A stretch of 64,000 bases of DNA from an uncultured Verrucomicrobiota bacterium (GTDB taxonomy: Bacteria; Verrucomicrobiota; Verrucomicrobiia; Limisphaerales; AAA164-E04). The translations under genes were made by a program, and so were the position numbers. The notes beneath the pieces are model-generated. The model was not told the DNA's origin, searched no databases, and was given only the letters and a program-made list of their open reading frames with translations. The stretch is taken from positions 62,267 to 126,266 of the forward strand of contig CAYFHO010000006.1 of assembly GCA_964342825.1 (NCBI GenBank). Direction: 5' to 3'. This document shows positions 48,401 through 56,265 of the stretch, one piece after another. The first letter of the stretch is position 1. Each line of letters opens with the position of its first letter.

Positions 48401-48884
48401 CCACCGTGACGATCACACGATGCCAGGTGTCAGGATTGATCACACCGCTGGTTCCCCCTGCTGCTACCGCGTTGTTGGCGTTGATGCTCAACTCGGCTCC
48501 GGCGAAATCGGGCGTGTTGTCAGCAAGCCCTCGAGCTGAGGAGTTGGAAGCGGCAGGATAATAAATATCCACCATGAAAGAATACTGGTTGGAATTTCCC
48601 ATACCGTCTGGGACGGGCATGACAAAACCGGTATCCTCTTCGGTCACAGCCGGAAACTTCATCACCTGGGCAACGTCTCCGTTGATGGGACCTATCCCAA
48701 AAGATTCCGTTGTGCCGAATTCACCTGAAACAAACGATTCAACGATGGGATCACCACCATTGGCACTGTTCAGGTTGCCGTTAAACTGCCACAAACCCAC
48801 ATCCTGGGCTTGAGCAGCGATCATAGTTCCTGCGGCGATCAATAATGCCGCCAAGGAAGATTTCACGAGTCTCTTAGTCATCAT
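45444..48884 (-). CDS. giant secreted LamG / Ig-like / triple jelly-roll-repeat protein (1146 aa)
   Basis: Signal peptide MMTKRLVKSSLAALLIAAGTMIAAQAQ and an N-terminal LamG-like jelly-roll. One Ig-like module (GEATFTVTVEGTGPFTYEWFFNG..AGNYTVVVSN). Three ~215-aa repeats, each starting FEDFEGL and ending NxWWWA(I/V)DN. Confidence 0.85.
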   Translation of the reverse strand: MMTKRLVKSSLAALLIAAGTMIAAQAQDVGLWQFNGNLNSANGGDPIVESFVSGEFGTTESFGIGPINGDVAQVMKFPAVTEEDTGFVMPVPDGMGNSNQYSFMVDIYYPAASNSSARGLADNTPDFAGAELSINANNAVAAGGTSGVINPDTWHRVIVTVDGENQLISRYIDGVLTGTSPISSDDLPFGPYTLDTQLDVILFGFTTEGYVNSVQLRGEAISSGQAIALGGATAEGLPEELPPVPSYVESWTPAGNVANRDTDIGVVLNQGDASIDQATISFTLNGEAQSPSINQSGDVFTIFVDRDLPFSPGTKHTLMVTYTDDRDGEKSFTHNFDAAIYFEDFEGLNLGPNVDEGLEFDKAWTREGPEGWEVDDSGIPGVGDPDNNGVEEWAGWSFADKEWWVATAGDQRRSEFNLSQGTALIADPDEWADDTNPRGEEEGWFETYVTSRPVSLEGIAENTAFLQFASSWRPEFDSDYHQTANIEISYDGGEFIEILKWESDQASPNYHDHAPNETILIDLNNPAGAQEVVIKFGMWDAGNDWWWAIDNLVVNAGVKPPVLASSPVGLEVDAGGEATFTVTVEGTGPFTYEWFFNGDSIATEQSNEVTNSLTITGATAESAGNYTVVVSNDGGSTPASSPALLEVRAAIEGAVLFAEDFEGLPLGPNVDEALAGDEVWTDTLPDGWSRVNDLPGLDDDEVGVREWEGWAFADREWWAATAGDQRRTEFTKGTGTVAIADGDEWDDKGDPDSLGAMNTMMTTPEISIAGVREGTLTLRFNSSWRPEVLQTGLVEASFDGGAPVEILRFSSEAGEDFKDHAPNDTVTVNIDHPADASTMTLTFSYLEARNNWWWAVDNIEVKGVLPPLFFEDFEGLALGANVDEGVAGDNVWTPDGPEGWMIDKDLPGLDDPEIGVREWEGWAFADRAWWAETAGDQRRTEFLKGVGTVAIADGDEWDDKGDPDSMGFMNTWLHTPSISIGEAILSNSLILRYSSSWRPENDQKAVVKATYTLADGSTDEVEVQRWTSRSSEPTFHDHETNESVSLDLWNPEGAQSVVISFGYLDAKNNWWWAIDNVEVLAGGQKNKPAGAASVSITAVDGQVSIEWEGTTLESATSVLGPWIPVEGAGSPYTTDADQGQAYFRAR
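45639..46922 (-). repeat. intragenic tandem duplication: repeat units R3 (45639-46292) and R2 (46293-46922)
   Basis: Long near-identical DNA blocks, e.g. ggatcacctttgtcatcccattcgtcaccgtc at 45997 and again at 46633. Encoded stretches include GVREWEGWAFADRxWWAxTAGDQRRTEF and GTVAIADGDEWDDKGDPDS. Confidence 0.9.
47214..47867 (-). repeat. repeat unit R1 of the same ~215-aa module (more divergent)
   Basis: IYFEDFEGLNLGPNVDE...GVEEWAGWSFADKEWWVATAGDQRRSEF...NDWWWAIDNLVVNAG. Separated from R2 by the Ig-like module. Confidence 0.85.
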
Positions 48885-48962
48885 GGTATCTAGTTGTGTT
48901 CGTTAGAAGATTCCTCGTCCATTGGTTAGGAATCGTTTCGGTGTTTTGATTGAAAAACCTGA

Positions 48963-49346
48963 TTATTTATTGGCATTCATATGCCGGAGATATTGTTCCG
49001 CCTTACGATCTCCCTTTTCCTCCATCGCCCGCTTCATTTCATCATTCACGGTCATCAAGCAACGACTGGCCATCTGTCGTTGTGAGTCCGTGATGTCTGT
49101 TCGGGATAGCAGGGCCTGGGTGATGGCGGATGCTTTGGTAAAGTCACTTTTCGAATAACTGATCAACATGTCTTGAACGATTTTTTTGATCTCTTCAGAT
49201 GCATCCGCAAATGATTCGTTCATGACCGTGTTGACTTCTTCAGGACTGACTGATTCAGGTCCAGTGTATTTTTCCTCGCCACAGCCAGTCATGAGCAGGG
49301 TGGCAATCAGGAAAAACAGCAGTAAATAAAGAGGTTGATGCTTCAT
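48963..49346 (-). CDS. small helical lipoprotein (127 aa), hypothetical
   Basis: Lipobox LLMTGC after a hydrophobic signal. Start at the ATG at 49346, 14 nt after the prepilin-like gene stop. Confidence 0.65.
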   Translation of the reverse strand: MKHQPLYLLLFFLIATLLMTGCGEEKYTGPESVSPEEVNTVMNESFADASEEIKKIVQDMLISYSKSDFTKASAITQALLSRTDITDSQRQMASRCLMTVNDEMKRAMEEKGDRKAEQYLRHMNANK

Positions 49347-49360
49347 GTGGTGTGCGACGA

Positions 49361-50164
49361 TCAAGGTTGTTGTAAAGGTTGTTCCCCAGTGTACCACCGA
49401 TAATCAACACCGACTTCAAATCCCCGGAAATTGACGGTGCTGACATGACCTGGAAGCCACAGAATATTGTTCCTTTGGTTGTGGCGATACCACTCAAGCC
49501 ACATTTCACGCTCGGGATAAAGACCCGCAAGCCCCACCCGCCACTGGGTCAGGATTTCCGTCTGACCTGGAAATAATCCAATGGAATCGGTATCCCCTTC
49601 CATTTTCTGTTCTGCCGCGTCCTGACAAAAGATGGTTGTGTTTGGAGAAAGATAGGAGGAGACCTTTGGTTTCTTGTTGCCTGCGGTCAATTTGCCGTTG
49701 ATGCCGAAAGCGGAGTTGAGCCAGAAGGAGGCAGGAAATCTCAAACCAGTCTCACGCCACTCATCCACATGTTTCGCACTGGGGCAGTTGAAAATCGTCC
49801 GGGTGTTCCCTATGTAATCTTGATAACCAATACCCCAGTAGGCACGGTCATGATCTTTTTCCAGTTGAACGTCGGATCGAGGGTTGATGGTCCATTGACC
49901 GTGATTGGGAAAATTACCGTTGATATTCCAATACTCGTCATTGTTGTCGTCCGCATACATGATGGCGGCCAACCCAATCTGCTTGAGATTGTTGATACAC
50001 TTGGTCGCTTTGGCCTTTTCTTTGGCCTGGCTTAGCGCCGGCAAAAGCATGCCCGCCAGGATCGCGATAATGGCAATCACGACAAGAAGTTCAATCAGTG
50101 TGAAGCCGGCAGAAGTCTGCCTGGATCGTAGGTATGTTGGTTTAGTAGAATTCCGAAGGATCAT
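49361..50164 (-). CDS. prepilin-type N-terminal cleavage/methylation protein, H-X9-DG family-like
   Basis: [48 protein letters not shown]-terminus. C-terminal [14 protein letters not shown] (H-x9-PG-H-V). Confidence 0.85.
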   Translation of the reverse strand: MILRNSTKPTYLRSRQTSAGFTLIELLVVIAIIAILAGMLLPALSQAKEKAKATKCINNLKQIGLAAIMYADDNNDEYWNINGNFPNHGQWTINPRSDVQLEKDHDRAYWGIGYQDYIGNTRTIFNCPSAKHVDEWRETGLRFPASFWLNSAFGINGKLTAGNKKPKVSSYLSPNTTIFCQDAAEQKMEGDTDSIGLFPGQTEILTQWRVGLAGLYPEREMWLEWYRHNQRNNILWLPGHVSTVNFRGFEVGVDYRWYTGEQPLQQP

Positions 50165-50321
50165 AATTCGATGTTGGTTTGGTAGACTAAGTCCATCTTG
50201 ATGAGTTTAACGTGCGAGCGCAAAGTTCCGTGTCATCAAAGGTTGCTGATGGAGCATCATGTTGACTCTTTTTCTGGATACTATCCATCACAAATTGAAA
50301 GGCAACTATAAACAAACCGCA

Positions 50322-50356
50322 TTCTTTGCATGGTTATCATGCGTTTTTCTTTGCAT
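50322..50356. promoter_or_regulatory. candidate operator: palindrome gcatg-N5-catgc flanked by direct repeat tctttgcat
   Basis: Palindrome at 50328-50342. tctttgcat occurs at 50323-50331 and again at 50348-50356. Located 160-190 nt upstream of the prepilin-like gene and downstream of the LysR gene. Confidence 0.2.
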
Positions 50357-50545
50357 AAAAAAGGATAGTGCTCGCCAGGCATTTTTAAATTCTGTCGATT
50401 TCAGACGACGCAGGAAAATTGGGTTTTGAAAGCGACAGAATTTCGCAGAGATTGTTACGGTTCAGTGAAAAGCACATTTTTTGGGAACCGGAATCAGGGC
50501 GGTGAACAAGCATTGAGATCACAAAAGAAACTGATTGAAAGAAAG

Positions 50546-51457
50546 TTACACCATGGAGGGGCCAGCCCTTTTACTATTGGTTACATTTTTCATGATTTCC
50601 AAGAATGCTTCCATGATCGGTGAGAAATGCTTTTTGGCATGATGCACCAGGTAAATTTGCCTTGGAAGAGGCATGCCTTTGACATTAAGAACCTTCAATT
50701 GACCATCACGGATCTCCTTTTGCAGCCCGTGAATGGACATGAAGGAATATCCCAATCGCGCAGACACGAGGTTTTTGACCGCTTCAGAAGAATGAACTTC
50801 GATAACTTTTCCCAATCGGACTTGTTCCTTGGACAACCAGGATTCAAAAAGCCTTCGCGTGGAGGAACCTCTCTCCCGGAGGACACAAAGCTCGTTGGAA
50901 ATTTGTTGCAGGGAAAGCCGGGATTCTCCGGCAAGGTGGTGAGATGGACTCGCAAAACATACGACTTCATCCTCCATCACGGATTCTAAAATCAGGTCAT
51001 CATTAGTGAGATAAGCTCCTACAAACCCTAGGTCCAGAGTGTTGTCGATGATCATTTGCTCCACTCTTTGGGAGTTATCAGAAACATACTTCAGCTCAAT
51101 GTCGGGATATTTCTCATGGAACAATCCGAGCACCTCAGGTAACACGTAACAACCGGGGGTCGAACTGGTGCCAATACGCAGGGAACCATGCTCAAGAGAG
51201 CTGTGAGCCTGAACCGCCTCTTTAGTCCTTTCCATGGCACCCAGTAACATTTCCGACTCTAGTGCAAGCGTTTGGCCGGCTTTGGTCAACCGAAGTGATT
51301 TGCCCAATTGTTCGATGAGCTGAACTCCAAACTCAGATTCCAACTGTTTGATCTGACGAGAAACAGCCGGCTGTGACAAAAAAACCTCCTCAGCCGCACG
51401 AGTGTAATTCAGGTGCTTCCGTACCGAAAGGAAAGTGCGAAGAAGTTGAAGATTCAC
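50546..51457 (-). CDS. LysR family transcriptional regulator
   Basis: N-terminal wHTH MNLQLLRTFLSVRKHLNYTRAAEEVFLSQPAVSRQIKQLE, with a LysR substrate-binding domain length. Confidence 0.9.
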   Translation of the reverse strand: MNLQLLRTFLSVRKHLNYTRAAEEVFLSQPAVSRQIKQLESEFGVQLIEQLGKSLRLTKAGQTLALESEMLLGAMERTKEAVQAHSSLEHGSLRIGTSSTPGCYVLPEVLGLFHEKYPDIELKYVSDNSQRVEQMIIDNTLDLGFVGAYLTNDDLILESVMEDEVVCFASPSHHLAGESRLSLQQISNELCVLRERGSSTRRLFESWLSKEQVRLGKVIEVHSSEAVKNLVSARLGYSFMSIHGLQKEIRDGQLKVLNVKGMPLPRQIYLVHHAKKHFSPIMEAFLEIMKNVTNSKRAGPSMV

Positions 51458-51501
51458 TTCAAATAGATGGGTTCACCCGAGGACGTGATTCACATCCTGG
51501 C

Positions 51502-52029
51502 TTATTTTCCCGAAGCACTGATGCCTTTGACTTCGCTGTAAGATCTGACATAGCTGTAATAAACAATCCCATTGGCCGCATCGACCGTGATAAATTTCCT
51601 GCCATCCTCATAATACACCGGGTCGGTCACAGCCATCGGACGCCACCAGGGGTAATCACCGACTCCCTGATGCCACGATGCGTAGTCAGTGGGAACTTCC
51701 CGTTCAGATTCCAGTCCAAGGGTGGATTCCACAAAGGCTTCAATCACGTCGGCACCTGCCTTGAATCGTACATATTCTCCATAAACATCACCGTCTTCAT
51801 AAAAACCTGGTTCAAGACGAAAACAGACTTCAGTGGCCGCCTCAGGGTAAGATGTTTCGTGGGCATGCTTCTGGAAGAGTGCTCGTTTCTGGTCATCAGA
51901 TAGCGAAGAATCCAGTCCAACAACAACTATATCGGCTGCCAGAAACCAGGAAAAAATTGCTCCAACCAAAACCAGACCGATGACTGCCAAGACGGTCAAA
52001 TTCGTTTTTCTAGCATCCATGAGGCGCAT
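51502..52029 (-). CDS. membrane-anchored hypothetical protein (175 aa)
   Basis: Single N-terminal TM (LTVLAVIGLVLVGAIFSWFLAA) followed by a soluble domain. No recognised motif. Confidence 0.5.
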   Translation of the reverse strand: MRLMDARKTNLTVLAVIGLVLVGAIFSWFLAADIVVVGLDSSLSDDQKRALFQKHAHETSYPEAATEVCFRLEPGFYEDGDVYGEYVRFKAGADVIEAFVESTLGLESEREVPTDYASWHQGVGDYPWWRPMAVTDPVYYEDGRKFITVDAANGIVYYSYVRSYSEVKGISASGK

Positions 52030-52131
52030 TCAATCCTTGAGCCCCATTTTTTGCAAGTCAGCAATGCGGTGAAACGTTCGCTTGAACTGATAGAGATTTA
52101 GGTTAGTTTTCATCTCTTTGGAACAACAGAT

Positions 52132-52596
52132 ATGAAAAACATCGTCAATTTATTGGGAACCATCATCATCGGACTCAGTTGCGCTCTTTGGCTCTCTGGC
52201 TGCGGTGGCGGTGACGATCACGCCGGTCATGACCACGATCATGATCACGAACATGGTGAAGAACATCACGAGGAAGCTGCGAGTGCAGCTAATAACGCAG
52301 CCAATCAGATTGCCGGGGCCATATCCGAGGCGGCAAATACGGCTGCAGATACAGCCAACCAGTTGGCTGAGGATGTCAACAAAATGACCGATGAAGCTAT
52401 TATTGCGGCGCAATCAGCAACTTACCCTTTGAAAACATGCGTTGTAAGCGGCGAGGAATTGGGAAGCATGGGCGAAAGTGTGAATTATGTTCATGAAGGC
52501 ACTTTAATTAAACTTTGCTGTGATCACTGCAAACCCGACCTGGATAAGGATCCATCGAAGTTTGTAGCAATGGTCAAAGAAGCCATCGCAAAGTAA
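52132..52596 (+). CDS. lipoprotein with His-rich tract and C-terminal TRASH/YHS-like Cys motif
   Basis: Lipobox LSGC, the tract DDHAGHDHDHDHEHGEEHHEE, and a C-terminal TCVVSGEEL-x-LCCDHC arrangement (C-x25-C-x3-C). Confidence 0.7.
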   Translation: MKNIVNLLGTIIIGLSCALWLSGCGGGDDHAGHDHDHDHEHGEEHHEEAASAANNAANQIAGAISEAANTAADTANQLAEDVNKMTDEAIIAAQSATYPLKTCVVSGEELGSMGESVNYVHEGTLIKLCCDHCKPDLDKDPSKFVAMVKEAIAK

Positions 52597-52650
52597 CTCG
52601 CCTTTCGAATCGGAAGGTTTTCCGTTACAGAAACTGAGTTAATTTTTCAA

Positions 52651-52700
52651 GCCCCGGAGCTGAAGCGGATTGAAACGCCGCCTCTCCGGGGCTTTTTCTT
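52651..52700 (+). terminator. rho-independent terminator
   Basis: Stem gccccggag / ctccggggc with a 24-nt loop, followed by tttttctt. Confidence 0.7.
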
Positions 52701-52767
52701 GGATCCGGAACGAATAATTTTTAAAGGATCTTCCAATGAAAATATAGGACTCTCGAAGAGGTCCGTT

Positions 52768-52790
52768 CTTGCCTGTTTTCGACAGGCAAG
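52768..52790 (+). promoter_or_regulatory. 9-bp hairpin in the dnaX leader
   Basis: Stem cttgcctgt / acaggcaag with loop tttcg. It ends 17 nt before the dnaX ATG. Confidence 0.3.
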
Positions 52791-52806
52791 GCAAGCTTCC
52801 CAAACC

Positions 52807-54606
52807 ATGTCAGGCTATCAGGTCATCGCTCGCAAATACCGACCTCAACGATTTGAAGAGGTCGTGGGGCAGGACCATGTCACTCGCACTTTAAGCCATG
52901 CCATCAGCAAAAAGAGAATCGCACACGCCTATTTGTTTTGCGGCCCACGAGGAACGGGTAAAACGACATTGGCACGCATTTTTGCCAAATGCTTGAATTG
53001 CACCGACGGCCCAAAAACTGATTTTCCAGACGATGATCCAAGGTGCCGTGAGATTTCGGAGGGTAGATCTCTGGACGTTATCGAAATTGACGGTGCCAGT
53101 AACCGTGGCATTGAGGAAATTCGAGAACTACGAGATACGGTGAACTATGCACCTGCCGTCTCACCCTATAAAATCTTCATCATTGATGAAGTCCACATGC
53201 TGACCAAGGAAGCGTTCAATGCATTGTTGAAAACCTTGGAAGAACCTCCAGAACATGTGAAATTCATGTTTGCAACTACCGAACCTGAGAAGGTTTTGCC
53301 CACGATTCTTTCCAGGTGTCAGCGATTTGATCTTCGGAGGATTGCAGCTCCGCAAATCGTGGCACAACTCCAGAAAATTGCAGATTCAGAAGGCATTGAA
53401 ATCGAAGAAGCCGCTCTGCAAGCGATTGCAAGAGGCGCGGATGGAGGCATGCGGGACGCACAATCCACTTTGGATCAGTTGATCAGTTTCTGCGGTGAGC
53501 AGGTGGAAGAGAAAGACGTTCTTTCCATGTTTGGGCTCACTTCGAGAGATCAAATTCTGAGACTTTCTGAAGCCATCATCAGGCAGGATAATTTGTCCAT
53601 TCTCAACGAGCTGGATGAATTGGTGAAAAACGGAAAAGACCTCGGCAGATTACTGGCCGATCTGCAGGATTACTTCAGACACCTCATGATCTTGAAAGTT
53701 TCAAAATCAAAAGATCAACTGGAAGCTTTGTCTGAAGCAGAACTGAGTTCTTTGACGGAACATGCGAAAGGACTTTCCGACCATCAGGTCTTAAACCTCC
53801 TGGAAGCTCTTTCCGAAACAGACTACCGATTAAGGGAAGCCAGTGCGAAGCGGATTGCAGTCGAAGTCGGCCTGATCAAGGCTTCCGAATCCATTGCTTC
53901 CAAAAGCATTGACGAAGTCATTCGAACGCTCAAGGAACTCAAACAGCAATCACCAACCAATCTCCAAGAAACAACCGCTGCCCCCCGCAAACCCACACCT
54001 CCGGCACCGACCAGAAAGCCGCCAGCGGCAAGTAAACCAGTCGTCGATCAAAAGCCTGCACCCAAACCATCTCCCAAGGTTTCTCCTCCCACTCAACATG
54101 AAACCATCATCCAGGAAACACCATCGGCACCCGCCTCTGAAGTTGATTTGCCGAAACTTTGGCATGCTTTGCTGAAGAAAGTTTCGAAGGAAAATCCTTT
54201 TCTGCATAGTTACCTGGCTGACGGGCAGCCTCTTGAGATCAAGGGGCAGGTGATTACCGTCGGTTATCCCATTTCACAGGCGGACCAGATGGAAATGGTG
54301 GATAACAAAAAGAACCACGAAGCATTGGAAGATTTCCTCAAAGCCCTGGGCTATCCTGATCTCAAGATTCGCTTGATCAAGTCCGATCAGCTCCGGGAAC
54401 TGGAAAAACCTATTGCATCCACTGAGACTTCAGAAGCGCCTCCCTCCTCCGGCAGTGATTTTGAACCTCAAGGAAATAGTGACCAGCCTTCCAATGGAGC
54501 GCCGAAAGTCCCTATTGATCAGGAAGAATTCCTTAACGATCCTCTGATCAAGGAAGCCTTGGAAGTTTTTAAAGGAAGAATGCTAAAGGTTGAATCATCG
54601 ACTTGA
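52807..54606 (+). CDS. dnaX: DNA polymerase III subunit gamma/tau
   Basis: RKYRPQRFEEVVGQ, GPRGTGKTT, IIDEVHML, SRCQRF, and a Pro-rich linker. Start at the ATG at 52807. Confidence 0.93.
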   Translation: MSGYQVIARKYRPQRFEEVVGQDHVTRTLSHAISKKRIAHAYLFCGPRGTGKTTLARIFAKCLNCTDGPKTDFPDDDPRCREISEGRSLDVIEIDGASNRGIEEIRELRDTVNYAPAVSPYKIFIIDEVHMLTKEAFNALLKTLEEPPEHVKFMFATTEPEKVLPTILSRCQRFDLRRIAAPQIVAQLQKIADSEGIEIEEAALQAIARGADGGMRDAQSTLDQLISFCGEQVEEKDVLSMFGLTSRDQILRLSEAIIRQDNLSILNELDELVKNGKDLGRLLADLQDYFRHLMILKVSKSKDQLEALSEAELSSLTEHAKGLSDHQVLNLLEALSETDYRLREASAKRIAVEVGLIKASESIASKSIDEVIRTLKELKQQSPTNLQETTAAPRKPTPPAPTRKPPAASKPVVDQKPAPKPSPKVSPPTQHETIIQETPSAPASEVDLPKLWHALLKKVSKENPFLHSYLADGQPLEIKGQVITVGYPISQADQMEMVDNKKNHEALEDFLKALGYPDLKIRLIKSDQLRELEKPIASTETSEAPPSSGSDFEPQGNSDQPSNGAPKVPIDQEEFLNDPLIKEALEVFKGRMLKVESST

Positions 54607-54640
54607 ATTCAGTTCTCACTCCCCCTAAACTCACACCACT

Positions 54641-54952
54641 ATGTCAAGCATCGGGAAACTCATGAAACAGGCGAGCCGTATCCAGCGTCAAATGGAACAG
54701 GCTCAAGAAGATTTGGCGGATCGCACGGTAGACGCAACCAGTGGAGGTGGGGCCGTGAAGGTAACGGCGAAATGCGATGGAACACTGAAGGCCATCACGA
54801 TTGATCCTGAATCAGTGGACAAAGAAGATATCTCGTTACTTGAAGACCTTGTTCTGACAGCGGCCAACAATGCCTTGGAGCAAGCCAAAGAAATTTCAAA
54901 CGACGAAATGGGCAAGCTGACTTCGGGACTTAAAATTCCCGGCCTGGTTTAA
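54641..54952 (+). CDS. ybaB: nucleoid-associated protein YbaB/EbfC
   Basis: 103 aa. LMKQASRIQRQMEQAQEDL..GGGAVKVT. dnaX-ybaB-recR synteny supports the call. Confidence 0.92.
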   Translation: MSSIGKLMKQASRIQRQMEQAQEDLADRTVDATSGGGAVKVTAKCDGTLKAITIDPESVDKEDISLLEDLVLTAANNALEQAKEISNDEMGKLTSGLKIPGLV

Positions 54953-55045
54953 TGTCCAGGAGCCACTGCGGCATCAACTGACGACCCATTGCTGCTTGAA
55001 CGCATGCAAATTCAGGCAGCAACTGTTCCTGAATGACTGGATGAT

Positions 55046-55654
55046 ATGCTCCATTTACCACCAACCATTCAGGAATTGAAATCAGCACTGAACCGCCTCC
55101 CAGGGATAGGCCCACGGTCTGCGGAACGTATTGCACTGCACATCGTTCAAAGCAGTCAGCCCCCCATTGAACAACTCATCCATTCCATCAAGGAAGCAAA
55201 AGAAAGGGTGAGCTTGTGCGAAATCTGTGGAGGCCTTACTGAAACCCAACCATGTGATCTCTGCTCGGATCCACAGCGCAGCAAGGAAATCATCTGCTTG
55301 GTCGTGAAACCAACGGACATCCTGAGCATTGAAAAATCGCACGCTTTCCGGGGGCATTACCATGTCCTTGGCGGGCAAATCTCTCCAATGAATGGAGTAG
55401 GCCCCGAGGATCTTCGCATCCAAGAACTGGAAAAGCGTATCCAAAATGATACGGTCGAGGAAATTATCCTGGCTCTCGGCTCAGATGTTGAGGGAGATGC
55501 CACTTCTTATTACCTTGCCCAAAGACTGGCCATTACAGGAGTTAAAGTAACACGGATCGCACAAGGCCTTCCGGCAGGTAGCGAACTCGACTATGCAGAT
55601 GAATTAACTCTTGGGAAAGCCTTGCAAGGAAGAAGCACCATGCCTCATGAATAA
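55046..55654 (+). CDS. recR: recombination protein RecR
   Basis: LPGIGPRSAERIALH HhH, a C4 zinc finger CEICGGLTETQPCDLC, and a Toprim region. Confidence 0.95.
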   Translation: MLHLPPTIQELKSALNRLPGIGPRSAERIALHIVQSSQPPIEQLIHSIKEAKERVSLCEICGGLTETQPCDLCSDPQRSKEIICLVVKPTDILSIEKSHAFRGHYHVLGGQISPMNGVGPEDLRIQELEKRIQNDTVEEIILALGSDVEGDATSYYLAQRLAITGVKVTRIAQGLPAGSELDYADELTLGKALQGRSTMPHE

Positions 55655-56261
55655 TCATCCAAATAAAACGGTCATCTTCGACCTGGGCAATGTGCTGCTG
55701 GCTTTCGATTTCGCCATCGCGGCAAAGCAAATTGCCAGACATTCGATTCGTTCTGCAGAAGATATACAATCACTCATCGACCAATCTGCCCTGCTGCATC
55801 AATTTGAAAGAGGCGAAATCAGCCAACAACAGTTCTTCCATGAAATAGCTCGTTCCTGCGATTACCAGGCCGATTTTGATACCTTCTGCCTGGATTTCTC
55901 GGATATCTTTTCCGCTATTGATCCGATGATCCAATTCATGCGTTCACTAAAAGAAAGACATGTTCCATGCGTTGTGTTTTCCAACACAAACGCCATGGCG
56001 GTCGATTGGATAAGAAAAACCTATTCCTTTTTTAACGAATTCGATCACTACTGCCTCTCCTACGAACACGGGGTCATGAAACCGGATCCTGAGATTTATC
56101 ATCAGGTAGAATCTTTGACGGGTTTAAAAGGTCAGTCGCTGTTCTTCATCGATGACAGAGCGGAAAACATCGAAACCTGTCTTCGCCTCGGTTGGACCGG
56201 GCAAATACACACTGATCGCAAGGAAACCATTGCCAAAGTGAATGCTTGGCTGGACGCGTAG
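55647..56261 (+). CDS. HAD-superfamily hydrolase
   Basis: VIFDLGNVLL (DxG/D motif I), SNTN, and FIDDRAENI (motif IV). 8-nt overlap with recR. Confidence 0.8.
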   Translation: MNNHPNKTVIFDLGNVLLAFDFAIAAKQIARHSIRSAEDIQSLIDQSALLHQFERGEISQQQFFHEIARSCDYQADFDTFCLDFSDIFSAIDPMIQFMRSLKERHVPCVVFSNTNAMAVDWIRKTYSFFNEFDHYCLSYEHGVMKPDPEIYHQVESLTGLKGQSLFFIDDRAENIETCLRLGWTGQIHTDRKETIAKVNAWLDA

Positions 56262-56265
56262 CTGG

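Noticed and set aside
52597-52806. SRP (4.5S) RNA, which often precedes dnaX.
   Set aside because: No GGAAGCAGCC-like domain IV motif or long closing helix is present. The region is explained by a terminator and a short leader hairpin.
54301-54315. Possible dnaX programmed -1 frameshift site (aac aaa aag).
   Set aside because: The sequence is C AAA AAG, not a full A AAA AAG heptamer. It lies very late in the gene, and I see no downstream stem-loop.
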